A stretch of 62,292 nt of DNA, filler included. It is 4 parts of 4 records of this genome, joined end to end, with 100 filler letters (N's around TTAATTAATTAA, not from the genome) between each part and the next. Parts side by side here need not be neighbours in the genome. Positions count along the whole stretch, not along the records: positions 1 to 26,539 come from SRR20825006_1506; positions 26,640 to 47,891 come from SRR20825006_1509; 2 more parts are not named here. The stretch is one strand, 5' to 3'. The position numbers and the translations under genes are program-made. How positions within the stretch are numbered: the first letter of the stretch is position 1; each line of letters opens with the position of its first letter. The notes under the pieces were generated by a model. The model saw only the letters and a program-made list of their open reading frames with translations, had not been told where the DNA came from and searched no databases. Positions 19,338 through 28,640 of the stretch are shown one piece after another.

Positions 19338-20564
19338 ATGCGTCGTGTGGTGGTTACCGGTATTGCCGGCATTTCCCCGATTGGAAACGACTGGGATAGC
19401 CTGCAAGGCAACCTCAAGGCCGGTCGCACCGGCATTCGACAAATGCCGGACTGGGTGCACTACGAAGGGCTAGGCACCCAGCTGGGCGCCCCTGCCATGT
19501 TCCACCCGCCAGCGCATTTCGATCGCAAAAAAACCCGCTCCATGGGCCGCGTGGCACAGATGGCCACCCACGTCAGCGAACAGGCTCTGGAGCGCGCCGG
19601 CCTGCTCGGCGATCCGCTCCTGAAAAACGGTCGCACCGGTGTGGCCTACGGCAGTTCCGCCGGCAGCACCGCCGCCGTGGCCGACTTCGGCGGCATGTTG
19701 ATCCACCGCTCTACCCAGGGGCTGAATGCCAACTCTTATCTAAAAATGATGGCTCACACCACGGCAGTGAACATTGGCGTCTACTTTGGCCTGCAAGGCC
19801 GGGTGCACACCACCAGCAGTGCCTGCACGTCCGGCAGCCAGGGCATCGGCTATGCCTGGGAAGCCATACGTTTCGGCCTGCAGGATGTGATGATCGCCGG
19901 CGGCGCGGAAGAACTGTGCCCCACCCAGGCGGCGGTGTTCGACACCCTGTTTGCTGCCAGCCAGGACAACGACCACCCATCACGCTCGCCACGCCCCTTC
20001 GATCGCGACCGGGACGGCCTGGTGATTGGCGAAGGCGCCTGTACCCTGATTCTGGAATCACTGGAGCATGCGAAACAGCGCGGCGCGCCGATTCTTGCCG
20101 AGCTGGTCGGCTATGGCACTAACAGCGATGGTCGCCATGTGACCCAGCCCAACCACGCCACCATGAAACAGGCCATGGTGCTGGCACTGGAAAGCGCTGA
20201 GCTGCATCCGGACCAGATTGGCTATGTCAGCGCCCACGGCACCGCCACCAGCCGCGGCGATGTGGCAGAAAGCCAGGCCACCGCGTCCCTGTTCGGGCCA
20301 CGCATGCCAATCAGCACATTAAAGAGTTTTACCGGCCATACCCTGGGGGCCTGCGGTGCACTGGAAGCCTGGACCGCCATCGAAATGATGAATAGCGGCT
20401 GGTTCCACCCCAACGCCAACCTGGAAGAACCGGACCCGGAGTGCGGCGAGCTGGATTACATCCGCGATGAAGGTCGCACGCTGGATTGCGACTATGTGAT
20501 GAGCAACAACTTTGCCTTTGGCGGCATCAATACTTCACTGATTTTTCGCCGCTGGAGTGAATAG
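19338..20564 (+). CDS. Beta-ketoacyl-ACP synthase II-like (ApeR-like)
   Basis: SACTSG, AHGTAT, GHTLGACG and NNFAFGG motifs. Confidence 0.95.
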   Translation: MRRVVVTGIAGISPIGNDWDSLQGNLKAGRTGIRQMPDWVHYEGLGTQLGAPAMFHPPAHFDRKKTRSMGRVAQMATHVSEQALERAGLLGDPLLKNGRTGVAYGSSAGSTAAVADFGGMLIHRSTQGLNANSYLKMMAHTTAVNIGVYFGLQGRVHTTSSACTSGSQGIGYAWEAIRFGLQDVMIAGGAEELCPTQAAVFDTLFAASQDNDHPSRSPRPFDRDRDGLVIGEGACTLILESLEHAKQRGAPILAELVGYGTNSDGRHVTQPNHATMKQAMVLALESAELHPDQIGYVSAHGTATSRGDVAESQATASLFGPRMPISTLKSFTGHTLGACGALEAWTAIEMMNSGWFHPNANLEEPDPECGELDYIRDEGRTLDCDYVMSNNFAFGGINTSLIFRRWSE

Positions 20565-20573
20565 AATACCGGA

Positions 20574-20618
20574 TGCCGGATACCCAAAAAAGGAAAGAAC
20601 CCAAACAGGTATCCGGCA
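20574..20618. terminator. Inverted repeat between convergent genes at the cluster's right end
   Basis: TGCCGGATACC-N23-GGTATCCGGCA, perfect 11-bp arms. Confidence 0.45.
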
Positions 20619-20632
20619 CGGACTAACACCGA

Positions 20633-21025
20633 TCAATAAACTTCATCCAGCAACTCTTCCTGAATGGAAGCCGACAGGTTAACGACCCAACGGTTGTAGT
20701 TGCGATGAATCTTGCCTCCGCTCTCATCCAGATTCTGACTGCTCTTGTAGATGATGTCGTAATCCGCCTGCGTATAAGGAATAGACACCACGGCCTGGTG
20801 CGTACGCACCTGAATGGACGCTTCCACTAACCCGGGTTTAACCACGCTGGGCACCCACCCTTTCTGGATGCTGCCTTTCATGATCGCCTCCTGAACCTGC
20901 TGCAGGCTTAACGTTTCCCCTGCTTGTGTCTGCGGGATAGTGCGATCATTCAGATCTATAATGGGCGCACTGGTACACGCTACCATCGCCATCGCGAATA
21001 CCATCACCAACAACCCTTTCTTCAT
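20633..21025 (-). CDS. Small conserved lipoprotein, function unknown
   Basis: GGAG RBS; MKK + hydrophobic stretch + MVAC lipobox; C-terminal IHRNYNRWV motif. Confidence 0.85.
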   Translation of the reverse strand: MKKGLLVMVFAMAMVACTSAPIIDLNDRTIPQTQAGETLSLQQVQEAIMKGSIQKGWVPSVVKPGLVEASIQVRTHQAVVSIPYTQADYDIIYKSSQNLDESGGKIHRNYNRWVVNLSASIQEELLDEVY

Positions 21026-21108
21026 TATTTTCTCCTTGAACAGTTTCCCGTAACAGGAATGAACGCTACCGCGCATTCTCCCCAAGCTCAATTCACAATC
21101 CACCGTTT

Positions 21109-22038
21109 TCATTTCGCGCCAAGGATGCGTTCCATCATTCGGCTCACACTTGCCACCAGCGCCTGGGCCACGCCCGGATCCATAGAAGAATGACCACCAT
21201 GCTCGACCCAATTGAGCACGCTGTTTGGCAGCACCTGATGCAACGCCAGCGCCTGCTCCGGCGGGCAGACAAAATCCCGGCTGCCATGCACAATTTCCAC
21301 CGGCACGGCACTGCCGGCGCAAGCCTCAAGCAACGGCTGCTCCACAAAGCCATCGGCAAGGAAATAATGGGTTTCCTGGCGAGCCATGCACAACTCGTCA
21401 TCACTACCCGGCCCCGGTGGCTGGGTTGGCATCAGCGCCAGGGTGGCTTCCCAATTACACCAGGCCCGGGCATAACGGCGAGCATGCTCGCCTTGCAACC
21501 CCTGATAATAACGTTCCAGCAAGCTGCCGCTGCCCGGCGGCGCTTGCTGTTGCAAGGCTTGCCAGGCCTCCGGGAACATTCTGGCCGCTCCCGCTTCGGT
21601 ATAAAGCCAATCGCGATCCTGGCGACGACACAGAAAAATGCCACGCAACACCATGCCCACAATACGCTGTGGACACGCCGCCAGATAAGCCAGCGCCAGT
21701 GTCGCGCCCCAGGAACCGCCAAATACCATCCAGCTTTCAACCTGTAACGCCTGTCGAATCTGTTCGAGATCTGCCAGCAAATGGCTCAAGGTATTATCAT
21801 CAATAGACGCCAGTGGCCGGCTTTGACCAGCTCCGCGCTGATCAAACAGAATAATCCGAAACCGTTGCGGATCGAAAAAACGCCGCAGCGCTGGAGAGCA
21901 ACCGCCACCGGGGCCACCATGCAACACCACCACGGGAATACCCTGCGGATTACCACTCTCTTCCACATATAACTGATGCCCCTGCCCAACCGGGAGGTAG
22001 CATTGCCGATACGGCTCGAGAAAAGGAAATAAGGCCAT
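21109..22038 (-). CDS. pip: Prolyl aminopeptidase
   Basis: HGGPG, DQRGAG, GGSWG and GGHS motifs. Confidence 0.93.
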   Translation of the reverse strand: MALFPFLEPYRQCYLPVGQGHQLYVEESGNPQGIPVVVLHGGPGGGCSPALRRFFDPQRFRIILFDQRGAGQSRPLASIDDNTLSHLLADLEQIRQALQVESWMVFGGSWGATLALAYLAACPQRIVGMVLRGIFLCRRQDRDWLYTEAGAARMFPEAWQALQQQAPPGSGSLLERYYQGLQGEHARRYARAWCNWEATLALMPTQPPGPGSDDELCMARQETHYFLADGFVEQPLLEACAGSAVPVEIVHGSRDFVCPPEQALALHQVLPNSVLNWVEHGGHSSMDPGVAQALVASVSRMMERILGAK

Positions 22039-22489
22039 GAGTCAGGTTCTGACAGGAAGAAGAATTTCAGCATACCTGTTGCTGATTTTGCTGCAAGGGC
22101 TGCTGGTGGCGTGTGATAACACGCCCCCGGAGCAGGCCATCAAGGATGCTCTTGCTGAAATCGAAACGGCCATCGAAGACGGCGACACCGGCACAGTGAT
22201 GGATAGGCTAAGCGATAATGTGGTCATTGAACGGCGCGGCAGAACCCTGCAACGCAAGGACATTCACCGCACCCTGGTGGGCATTTTCTTTCGCTACCCG
22301 AACCGCAACCTCACTTTTACACGCATCCAGATTGATCTGGACCCGGTGACAAAAAAGCAGGCCAGGGTGCAATTTACCGCACTGGCCTGGGGCGGAAAAA
22401 ATGTGCTCCCGGATGATGCCGACAGCTACCAGATAGACAGCCATTGGCAACTGGACGGAGAGTGGAAAATAGAGAGCCTGACAGAATAA
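22037..22489 (+). CDS. Lipoprotein with probable NTF2/SnoaL-like fold
   Basis: RR + hydrophobic stretch + LVAC lipobox; terminal W-x-x-DGEWKI strand; AGGA RBS. Confidence 0.75.
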   Translation: MSQVLTGRRISAYLLLILLQGLLVACDNTPPEQAIKDALAEIETAIEDGDTGTVMDRLSDNVVIERRGRTLQRKDIHRTLVGIFFRYPNRNLTFTRIQIDLDPVTKKQARVQFTALAWGGKNVLPDDADSYQIDSHWQLDGEWKIESLTE

Positions 22490-22536
22490 ACCGTGCGCGT
22501 TTTGCGTCCGGCACTCTCAACACACCCAACACACCC

Positions 22537-22576
22537 AAAAAAAGAGGCCGCGCCCAATCTGCAGGCACGGCCTCTT
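22537..22576 (-). terminator. Intrinsic terminator after ntrC
   Basis: Minus strand AAGAGGCCGTGCC-N9-GGCGCGGCCTCTT followed by a T run. Confidence 0.75.
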
Positions 22577-22627
22577 GTGTTGTCGATCCGGAACCCAGCC
22601 GGGGGAGATGAAAAGAAAAGTTAACCT

Positions 22628-24061
22628 TCAGTCTTCATCGCCGCCATTGAGCTGGCTTTCCATATCCAGCTCCTTGATCTTGCGGGTCAACGTATTGCGT
22701 CCCCAGCCCAGCAGCGCCGCCGCATCACGCTTGCGCCCGCCGGTGTGCTGCAAAGCCACTTCGATCATGGTTCGCTCAAACCCCGGCACTGCCTGCTCAA
22801 GGATACTGCGCTCGCCCTGAGCCAGCGCCCGGTCGGCCCAGTTGCGCAGGGATTTGAGCCAGTCGCCGCTCACATCCGTGCCCTTGGCGGCGCCGGTTTC
22901 TTTCAACTCCGGGGGCAAATCATCCACCAGCACTTCCCGCCCGGATGCCATTACGGTCAACCAGCGACAGGTATTTTCCAGCTGCCGCACGTTGCCCGGC
23001 CAGGTTTGCGCCGACAGATATTTTTCCGTGTCCTTGTGCAGAATTTTCGGCTCCACCCCCAGCTCGCTGCCGGCACGCTGCAGAAAGTAATTGGCCAGCC
23101 GGGGAATATCTTCCCGGCGCTCCGCCATACGCGGAATATGGATGCGAATAACGTTAAGGCGGTGAAACAAATCCTCGCGAAAATCGCCTTCTTTCACCAG
23201 CTTTTCCAGATCCTGGTGGGTGGCGGCAATAATGCGCACGTCCACGTGAATCGGCGTGGTCCCACCCACGCGATAGAATTCACTTTCCTGAAGCACCCGC
23301 AACAAACGGGTCTGGGCTTCCAGTGGCATGTCGCCGATTTCATCCAGAAACAGGGTGCCGCCATTGGCCTGCTCAAAACGGCCCACGCGCTGATTATTGG
23401 CGCCGGTGAAGGCTCCCTTTTCATGACCGAACAACTCTGACTCGATCAGGTCTTTGGGAATGGCCGCCATGTTCAGGGCAACGAAGTTTTTCTCGCGCCG
23501 CATGGAATGGCGGTGCAAAGCCCGGGCTACCAGCTCCTTACCGGTACCGGACTGACCATTGATCAACACCGTCACATTGGAGTGACTCAACCGGCCAATG
23601 GCACGAAACACTTCCTGCATGGCCGGGGCTTCACCGATAATTTCGGTGGGCGCTTCTTCAACCGGTTCAGGAAAATCGCCACGGGACTCTTCCCGATGCT
23701 TGATGGCCCGGCGCACCAGCGCCACCGCCTCATCCACATCAAACGGTTTCGGCAGGTATTCAAACGCGCCACCCTGGTAGGACGCCACGGCAGAATCCAG
23801 ATCGGAATGCGCCGTCATGATGATCACCGGCAAATCCGGATTCTTGCGCTGTAGAATTTTCAGCATCCGCAACCCGTCCGTGCCGGGCATGCGCACGTCG
23901 CTGATCAGCACTTCCGGTTCCTGCCCGCCCTGTTCCAGGGTATTGAGCGCTTCATCCGCATCTTCAAAGCAGGTCACCGCGTAGCCTTCCTGGCCCAGCG
24001 CCTTTTCCAACACCCAGCGAATGGAGCGGTCATCATCCACAACCCAAATACTGACACTCAT
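22628..24061 (-). CDS. glnG: Nitrogen regulation response regulator NtrC
   Basis: Receiver domain, GQSGTGKE Walker A, GAFTGA, C-terminal LGWGRNTL HTH. Confidence 0.97.
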   Translation of the reverse strand: MSVSIWVVDDDRSIRWVLEKALGQEGYAVTCFEDADEALNTLEQGGQEPEVLISDVRMPGTDGLRMLKILQRKNPDLPVIIMTAHSDLDSAVASYQGGAFEYLPKPFDVDEAVALVRRAIKHREESRGDFPEPVEEAPTEIIGEAPAMQEVFRAIGRLSHSNVTVLINGQSGTGKELVARALHRHSMRREKNFVALNMAAIPKDLIESELFGHEKGAFTGANNQRVGRFEQANGGTLFLDEIGDMPLEAQTRLLRVLQESEFYRVGGTTPIHVDVRIIAATHQDLEKLVKEGDFREDLFHRLNVIRIHIPRMAERREDIPRLANYFLQRAGSELGVEPKILHKDTEKYLSAQTWPGNVRQLENTCRWLTVMASGREVLVDDLPPELKETGAAKGTDVSGDWLKSLRNWADRALAQGERSILEQAVPGFERTMIEVALQHTGGRKRDAAALLGWGRNTLTRKIKELDMESQLNGGDED

Positions 24062-24148
24062 GACCTGCTACTCCTGTTGTTTCCATCGCCACCGCAATCA
24101 GCGGCCGGCTTGTATGGCGTCGCTCTGTTCAAAGCAGCGCAATTAACG

Positions 24149-25240
24149 CTATGTCGGTTTCTCTGTTTCATCCAGCTGCTCCATGGGCAGCAGGATGCTA
24201 AACACGGTTTCGCCCGGCTGACTCTCGCACTCGATCAACCCCTGATGCTGGCTGATGATGGACTGTGCAATGGAAAGTCCCAGCCCGGTGCCGCTGGCAC
24301 GGCCACTGACCATGGGATAGAACAGGGTTTCCTGCACATCCTCGGCAATGCCCGGGCCGTTATCGATAATGTCCATGCGCAACACCAAACGGTGTCGCTG
24401 GGCGCCAATGGTGAACTGGCGCAACACCCGGGTACGCATGGTGATGCGCGGTGCCGGCGTCTTCGATTCCAGCAACGCCTGGGTGGCGTTGCGGATAAGG
24501 TTCAGTAATACCTGAATCAGCTGGTCCCGGTCGGCGATCACATCCGGCAAGCTGATGTCGTAATCGCGCCAGATCGCCACGCCTTTGGGGTATTCCGCCA
24601 GCAGCAATTGGCGCACATGCTCCAGGCACTCGTGCACATTTACCGCACGGAACTCGGGCGGCTTGCGCGGGCCGAGCATGCGGTCCGCCACCGACCGCAG
24701 CCGGTCGGCTTCATCGATAATGACCTTGGTGTACTCGGTCAGCTCCGGGTCAGGCAGCGCCCGCTCCAGCAACTGGGCCGCACCGCGGATGCCACCCAGC
24801 GGATTCTTGATTTCATGGGCCACACCCCGCACCAATGCCCGCGTAGCCTGGTGCGCATGAATCAGCGCTTCTTCACGACTGATCCGCAGCAAACGATCCA
24901 GTGACTGCATTTCCATCAGCAGACACAAAGGCTGGCCCGGCTCGTTAATCGGGCTGACCGAATAATCCACCATGATTTCATGGCCCGGCGCCACCGACAG
25001 CCGCGCTTCACGCTGGGTGAAGGGGTGCTCATCATCAATGCACTGCTGAATGGCGAGGCGGGCTTCTTCATCATCGAAAAAGTAATCGGGCAGAGGCTGA
25101 CCGACGGCACGGCTGGTGCTGGTCGCCAGCAACATTTCTGCCGCCGGGTTCAGGTAGCGCACGCACAAGGCATCGTCCAGCATGATCACTGCGGTACGCA
25201 GGTGATCCAGTAGTCGTTTGTGCAACGTAATGTCACCCAT
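24149..25240 (-). CDS. glnL: Nitrogen regulation sensor kinase NtrB
   Basis: PAS domain, AHEIKNPLGGIRGAAQLL, DNGPG and GTGLGL; start assigned to ATG 25240. Confidence 0.95.
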   Translation of the reverse strand: MGDITLHKRLLDHLRTAVIMLDDALCVRYLNPAAEMLLATSTSRAVGQPLPDYFFDDEEARLAIQQCIDDEHPFTQREARLSVAPGHEIMVDYSVSPINEPGQPLCLLMEMQSLDRLLRISREEALIHAHQATRALVRGVAHEIKNPLGGIRGAAQLLERALPDPELTEYTKVIIDEADRLRSVADRMLGPRKPPEFRAVNVHECLEHVRQLLLAEYPKGVAIWRDYDISLPDVIADRDQLIQVLLNLIRNATQALLESKTPAPRITMRTRVLRQFTIGAQRHRLVLRMDIIDNGPGIAEDVQETLFYPMVSGRASGTGLGLSIAQSIISQHQGLIECESQPGETVFSILLPMEQLDETEKPT

Positions 25241-25376
25241 CAGAAATTGGCCCATAACAGGGCATAAGCAATTATCAGGCCATCTGTAGATCAGCCCGAA
25301 AAAGCGGGTATCAGCGGCCTGCAGCACAGGCGTAAAAGCCTGCTATTGATGAGTTTAAAGGGAAGGAGGGGCGAAA

Positions 25377-25393
25377 TGCACCATTAGGGTGCA
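25377..25393. promoter_or_regulatory. NtrC-binding site upstream of ntrB
   Basis: TGCACCATTAGGGTGCA, one mismatch to TGCACCA-N3-TGGTGCA. Confidence 0.85.
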
Positions 25394-25396
25394 TTA

Positions 25397-26158
25397 TTAG
25401 TTGCTGCGAATGCTCCGATTCGGTTTTGCCGGCTGGGCTGCGGTGCCCCGATCTGCACCACCGCCCACGCTGGCAGCGCCCCCGGTTGAAGCACTGCCTC
25501 CCACATTGGCGGAACCACCACGGTCCGCTGCACCACCGACTTGCGCAGCACCGCCGTTACTCCCGCCACCGGGGACATTGCGGAAATCACTGACCGTGCT
25601 GCGGTGAATGTACACTTCCACCGGCTCGGAGGTGATGCGGGTTTCGCCCTCCTCACTCACTACTTTCACGATCAGGTTATGCACTCCGCGTTCCGGCGCA
25701 TCCAGCTGCAGGGCGGGCTGCTCCACGCCATTATCCAGCAACACCAGGCTATCGCCGGGCTGCAGCCCGGGCTGCAAATTCACGGACACATACACAGCAT
25801 CGGTCGGGTTACGTAGCGTAGAGCCGCTTTCCGGGGAAGTAATCGTCAGCGATGTGTACTCCTCTACCGAGGGGTCCGCCGCCTCTTCCTCTGGCGCCGA
25901 CAGCGCCTCCGGCATTTCCACCTTCTTGATTGGCACTGTATTGGTGGTTTTCAGTTTCACTTCCTCGGAGCGGCTACTCTCTCCGGGTTGATCGGTGAAT
26001 ACCACATTGCCCTTTTCATCGGTGGTCCGGTAAATCTTCGACGCCGGCGCGTCGGAGGCCTCCGCCCTGTTGGCGCCATCCCCATCTTCCGCCGTGGCCG
26101 CCAGACTTAATCCAGAGACCAGACCCAAGGCAACCACCGCAATCAGCGACTTTTTCAT
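25397..26158 (-). CDS. DUF4124 secreted protein with Ig-like middle domain and Gly/Ala repeat tail
   Basis: Signal peptide; IYRTTDEKGNVVFTDQP DUF4124 motif; lies between glnA and glnL. Confidence 0.85.
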   Translation of the reverse strand: MKKSLIAVVALGLVSGLSLAATAEDGDGANRAEASDAPASKIYRTTDEKGNVVFTDQPGESSRSEEVKLKTTNTVPIKKVEMPEALSAPEEEAADPSVEEYTSLTITSPESGSTLRNPTDAVYVSVNLQPGLQPGDSLVLLDNGVEQPALQLDAPERGVHNLIVKVVSEEGETRITSEPVEVYIHRSTVSDFRNVPGGGSNGGAAQVGGAADRGGSANVGGSASTGGAASVGGGADRGTAAQPAKPNRSIRSN

Positions 26159-26248
26159 TGTTATCTCCCTATGACTGCCCTTGATTCTGGCCCGGCTGGG
26201 CCGCCCAGAAAAGGGGGAAGCGCACAAAATAGCACGCTTTTTTCCAGC

Positions 26249-26275
26249 AAAAAAAAGCCCCCGACAAGCGGGGGC
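26249..26275 (-). terminator. Intrinsic terminator after glnA
   Basis: Minus strand GCCCCCG-cttgt-CGGGGGC followed by T8. Confidence 0.85.
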
Positions 26276-26302
26276 CTCTTTTCTGCTGTTTCCCGAAGGA
26301 TA

Positions 26303-26539
26303 TTAGCAGGAGTAGTACATATCGAACTCAACCGGGTGCGGGGTCATGTTCAAACGCTCAACCTCGGCACGCTTGAGTGCGATGTAGCCTTCCAGCATGT
26401 CCTTGGTGAACACGTCACCTTCGGTCAGGAAGTCCATGTCTTCTTCCAGACAATCCAGCGCCATGGTCAGAGTGTGAGCCACGGTGGGGATGTCTTTGGC
26501 TTCTTCAGCCGGCAGATCGTACAGATCCTTGTCCATGGC
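26303..26539 (-). CDS. glnA: Glutamine synthetase type I, C-terminal fragment (truncated by contig end)
   Basis: DKDLYDLP adenylylation site and [11 protein letters not shown] terminus. Confidence 0.97.
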   Translation of the reverse strand, partial: AMDKDLYDLPAEEAKDIPTVAHTLTMALDCLEEDMDFLTEGDVFTKDMLEGYIALKRAEVERLNMTPHPVEFDMYYSC

Positions 26540-26639
26540 NNNNNNNNNNNNNNNNNNNNNNNNNNNNNNNNNNNNNNNNNNNNTTAATTAATTAANNNNN
26601 NNNNNNNNNNNNNNNNNNNNNNNNNNNNNNNNNNNNNNN
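26540..26639. other. Artificial contig linker
   Basis: N44-TTAATTAATTAA-N44, giving stops in all six frames. Confidence 0.99.
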
Positions 26640-26703
26640 TTGGGCGTTAGCCCCGGTTGTACGTGGGAGCAACGACGCTACTCAAAAAAACAACTGCTGT
26701 AAG
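26640..26703 (+). repeat. Planctomycete REP/MITE-like repeat at contig start
   Basis: TGGGCGTTAGCCCCGGTT matches the reverse complement of 47857-47874 at 17/18. Confidence 0.65.
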
Positions 26704-27517
26704 ACTCCTGCCCAAACTGCTTAGATGCGAACAATCTTCACGTGTTCCTTGAGGTAGAACGCACAAAAACGAATGGACGACAACATGCCGTCTTGTCGTG
26801 TGGCTAATTCTTCGATTTTACCGGACGTGAATCGCGGGATGGCTGATTCGTTCAGTCGCGGCTTCGCGTTCTGGTTGACATACGAATCGGATCTCTCGCT
26901 TCGTGGCGTGTGAGCGCCACCATCTCAATCATTCTGCCAAGTGTACGAAGCGCACACGCGTTCGACGTACTCCGCCTGATCGAACTGGACCATTCGATCG
27001 CTCTCGCTAACTGAGAATCGTGCTCATTCGGCGGAACGGAAACGTAGCCCCCCGCCCCTTCGTTGCGTTAGGCAAAGACGCGTTCTTTTTGAGCATCACT
27101 GCGGACTTTCTGATCACTGCTTTCCGCCGGAAATCAACAGACTTTGCACTTCAACTGAAAGCAATTCACCCTCGTTCTTCAATTCTCCAAATATAGACTT
27201 TGTGGTTGGCATCCCGCAGTGAAACCAGCCCGCTGTAACGAGACGTTACGTGAGACAAATCCCCGCAGGTATTCCATGTTGTCTATGGATTACGAACAAA
27301 CCAGTCAAGTTGATCGGAATGGTCCGCCCGTTGCTTAACGGTGCGTCCCAAGACCGGATCTCATCTCCAGACCAATAAGCGACTTGGATCGATCCGTAGC
27401 GATCGTCAGCGATGGCGCTGCTGCCGTCCATGCAACGAGACGAACGAATTCTCGCTGTTTCGTTGTGGTCACTCGTTCAACTTGTTCTTCATCCATGCCT
27501 ACTGAAAGGGAAATCTA

Positions 27518-28549
27518 GTGAGCATCGCTCGAAACGCCAAAACACAATCTCGTGCCGCTTTTACACTCGTCGAACTGCTTGTGGTTATCGCCATCATCGG
27601 CGTCCTCGTCGGCCTTCTTCTACCAGCGGTTCAATCGGCCCGAGAAGCCGCTCGTCGAATGCAGTGCAGTAACAACATGCGGCAGCTAGCGCTCGCTTGC
27701 CACAACTACGAAAGCAGCTACAAACAGTTTCCCGCGTCGGCCGACAACCGCGATTTCGTTGGTGTTGGCCGGACTTGGATTCGCGGCATTCTGCCTTATG
27801 TGGAACAGTCTGCATTGGACACCGATGACTTGATGCTCTACGGCCCAAGCTTCGATGCTGACGCGATCCTCACTGAAGTGCCGATGCTGAACTGCCCCAG
27901 TGACCCACTGTCACAAACGCCGGTCAACGTCGGTTTTGGAAGTACCGTGATCGCCACCAGCGCCGGCACCAACTACTTCGGAAACGCGGGCCACTACGGT
28001 CGTTCTTCGAATCAATATCACGGTACCGACGCTTCCGGTTTTCGCGGGTTTCCGGCCGCGTTCAAGTTTTCAGCCGACGGAATGTTCCACAGCCAGGGAT
28101 CCGCATTCGGGCCTGTTCGCTTCGCATCGGTGATCGACGGTACCAGCAACACTTTGCTGATTGGTGAACGCGGACTCTTTCCCGCGAAAGCAGGATCGGT
28201 TCAGACCGGGGGTTGGTTGACGACCTACACCGGAGCACCTTTTGGAATGGGGCACTCTGTTCTTTGCTACGACTCACCCGACGAAGCGGGTGGTGGATTC
28301 ATTCCCTATTACGGTTTCCCCGTCAATTCGGATGGCGTTGGCGGCATCCTGGACGACGCAGATTTGACTGGCGGACTGGGCAACCTACCCGACAACGATG
28401 AACACTTCTTCTTCAGCTATCACCCGGGTGGTTCACACTTCGTGATGGCCGATGGATCGACCAAGTTCGTCACGTACTCGATCGCACAAGATGTTCTGAC
28501 GGCCTTTTTGACCAAGGCTGGTCATGAGGTCAATACGTACCAGGAATAG
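27518..28549 (+). CDS. DUF1559 prepilin-type protein with H-X9-DG C-terminal motif
   Basis: AFTLVELLVVIAIIGVLVGLLLPAVQSAREAARRMQCSNN, DGTSNT and HPGGSHFVMADG. Confidence 0.95.
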   Translation: MSIARNAKTQSRAAFTLVELLVVIAIIGVLVGLLLPAVQSAREAARRMQCSNNMRQLALACHNYESSYKQFPASADNRDFVGVGRTWIRGILPYVEQSALDTDDLMLYGPSFDADAILTEVPMLNCPSDPLSQTPVNVGFGSTVIATSAGTNYFGNAGHYGRSSNQYHGTDASGFRGFPAAFKFSADGMFHSQGSAFGPVRFASVIDGTSNTLLIGERGLFPAKAGSVQTGGWLTTYTGAPFGMGHSVLCYDSPDEAGGGFIPYYGFPVNSDGVGGILDDADLTGGLGNLPDNDEHFFFSYHPGGSHFVMADGSTKFVTYSIAQDVLTAFLTKAGHEVNTYQE

Positions 28550-28640
28550 TCTCTGCGACCAGCCAACGTTTCGGTATTTCCATTGGAACGCCTTTCTGTT
28601 CCCTTCCCTAATAACGCCTTTCGGTCATCACACCAAATCT

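Noticed and set aside
26584-26595. TTAATTAATTAA repeated three times as a biological repeat or att site
   Set aside because: Always centred in identical N runs; an artificial linker.
26704-27517. About 800 nt of non-coding DNA before DUF1559 as an ncRNA or transposase remnant
   Set aside because: No recognisable RNA motif or protein similarity; only an isolated TTGACA at 26875.
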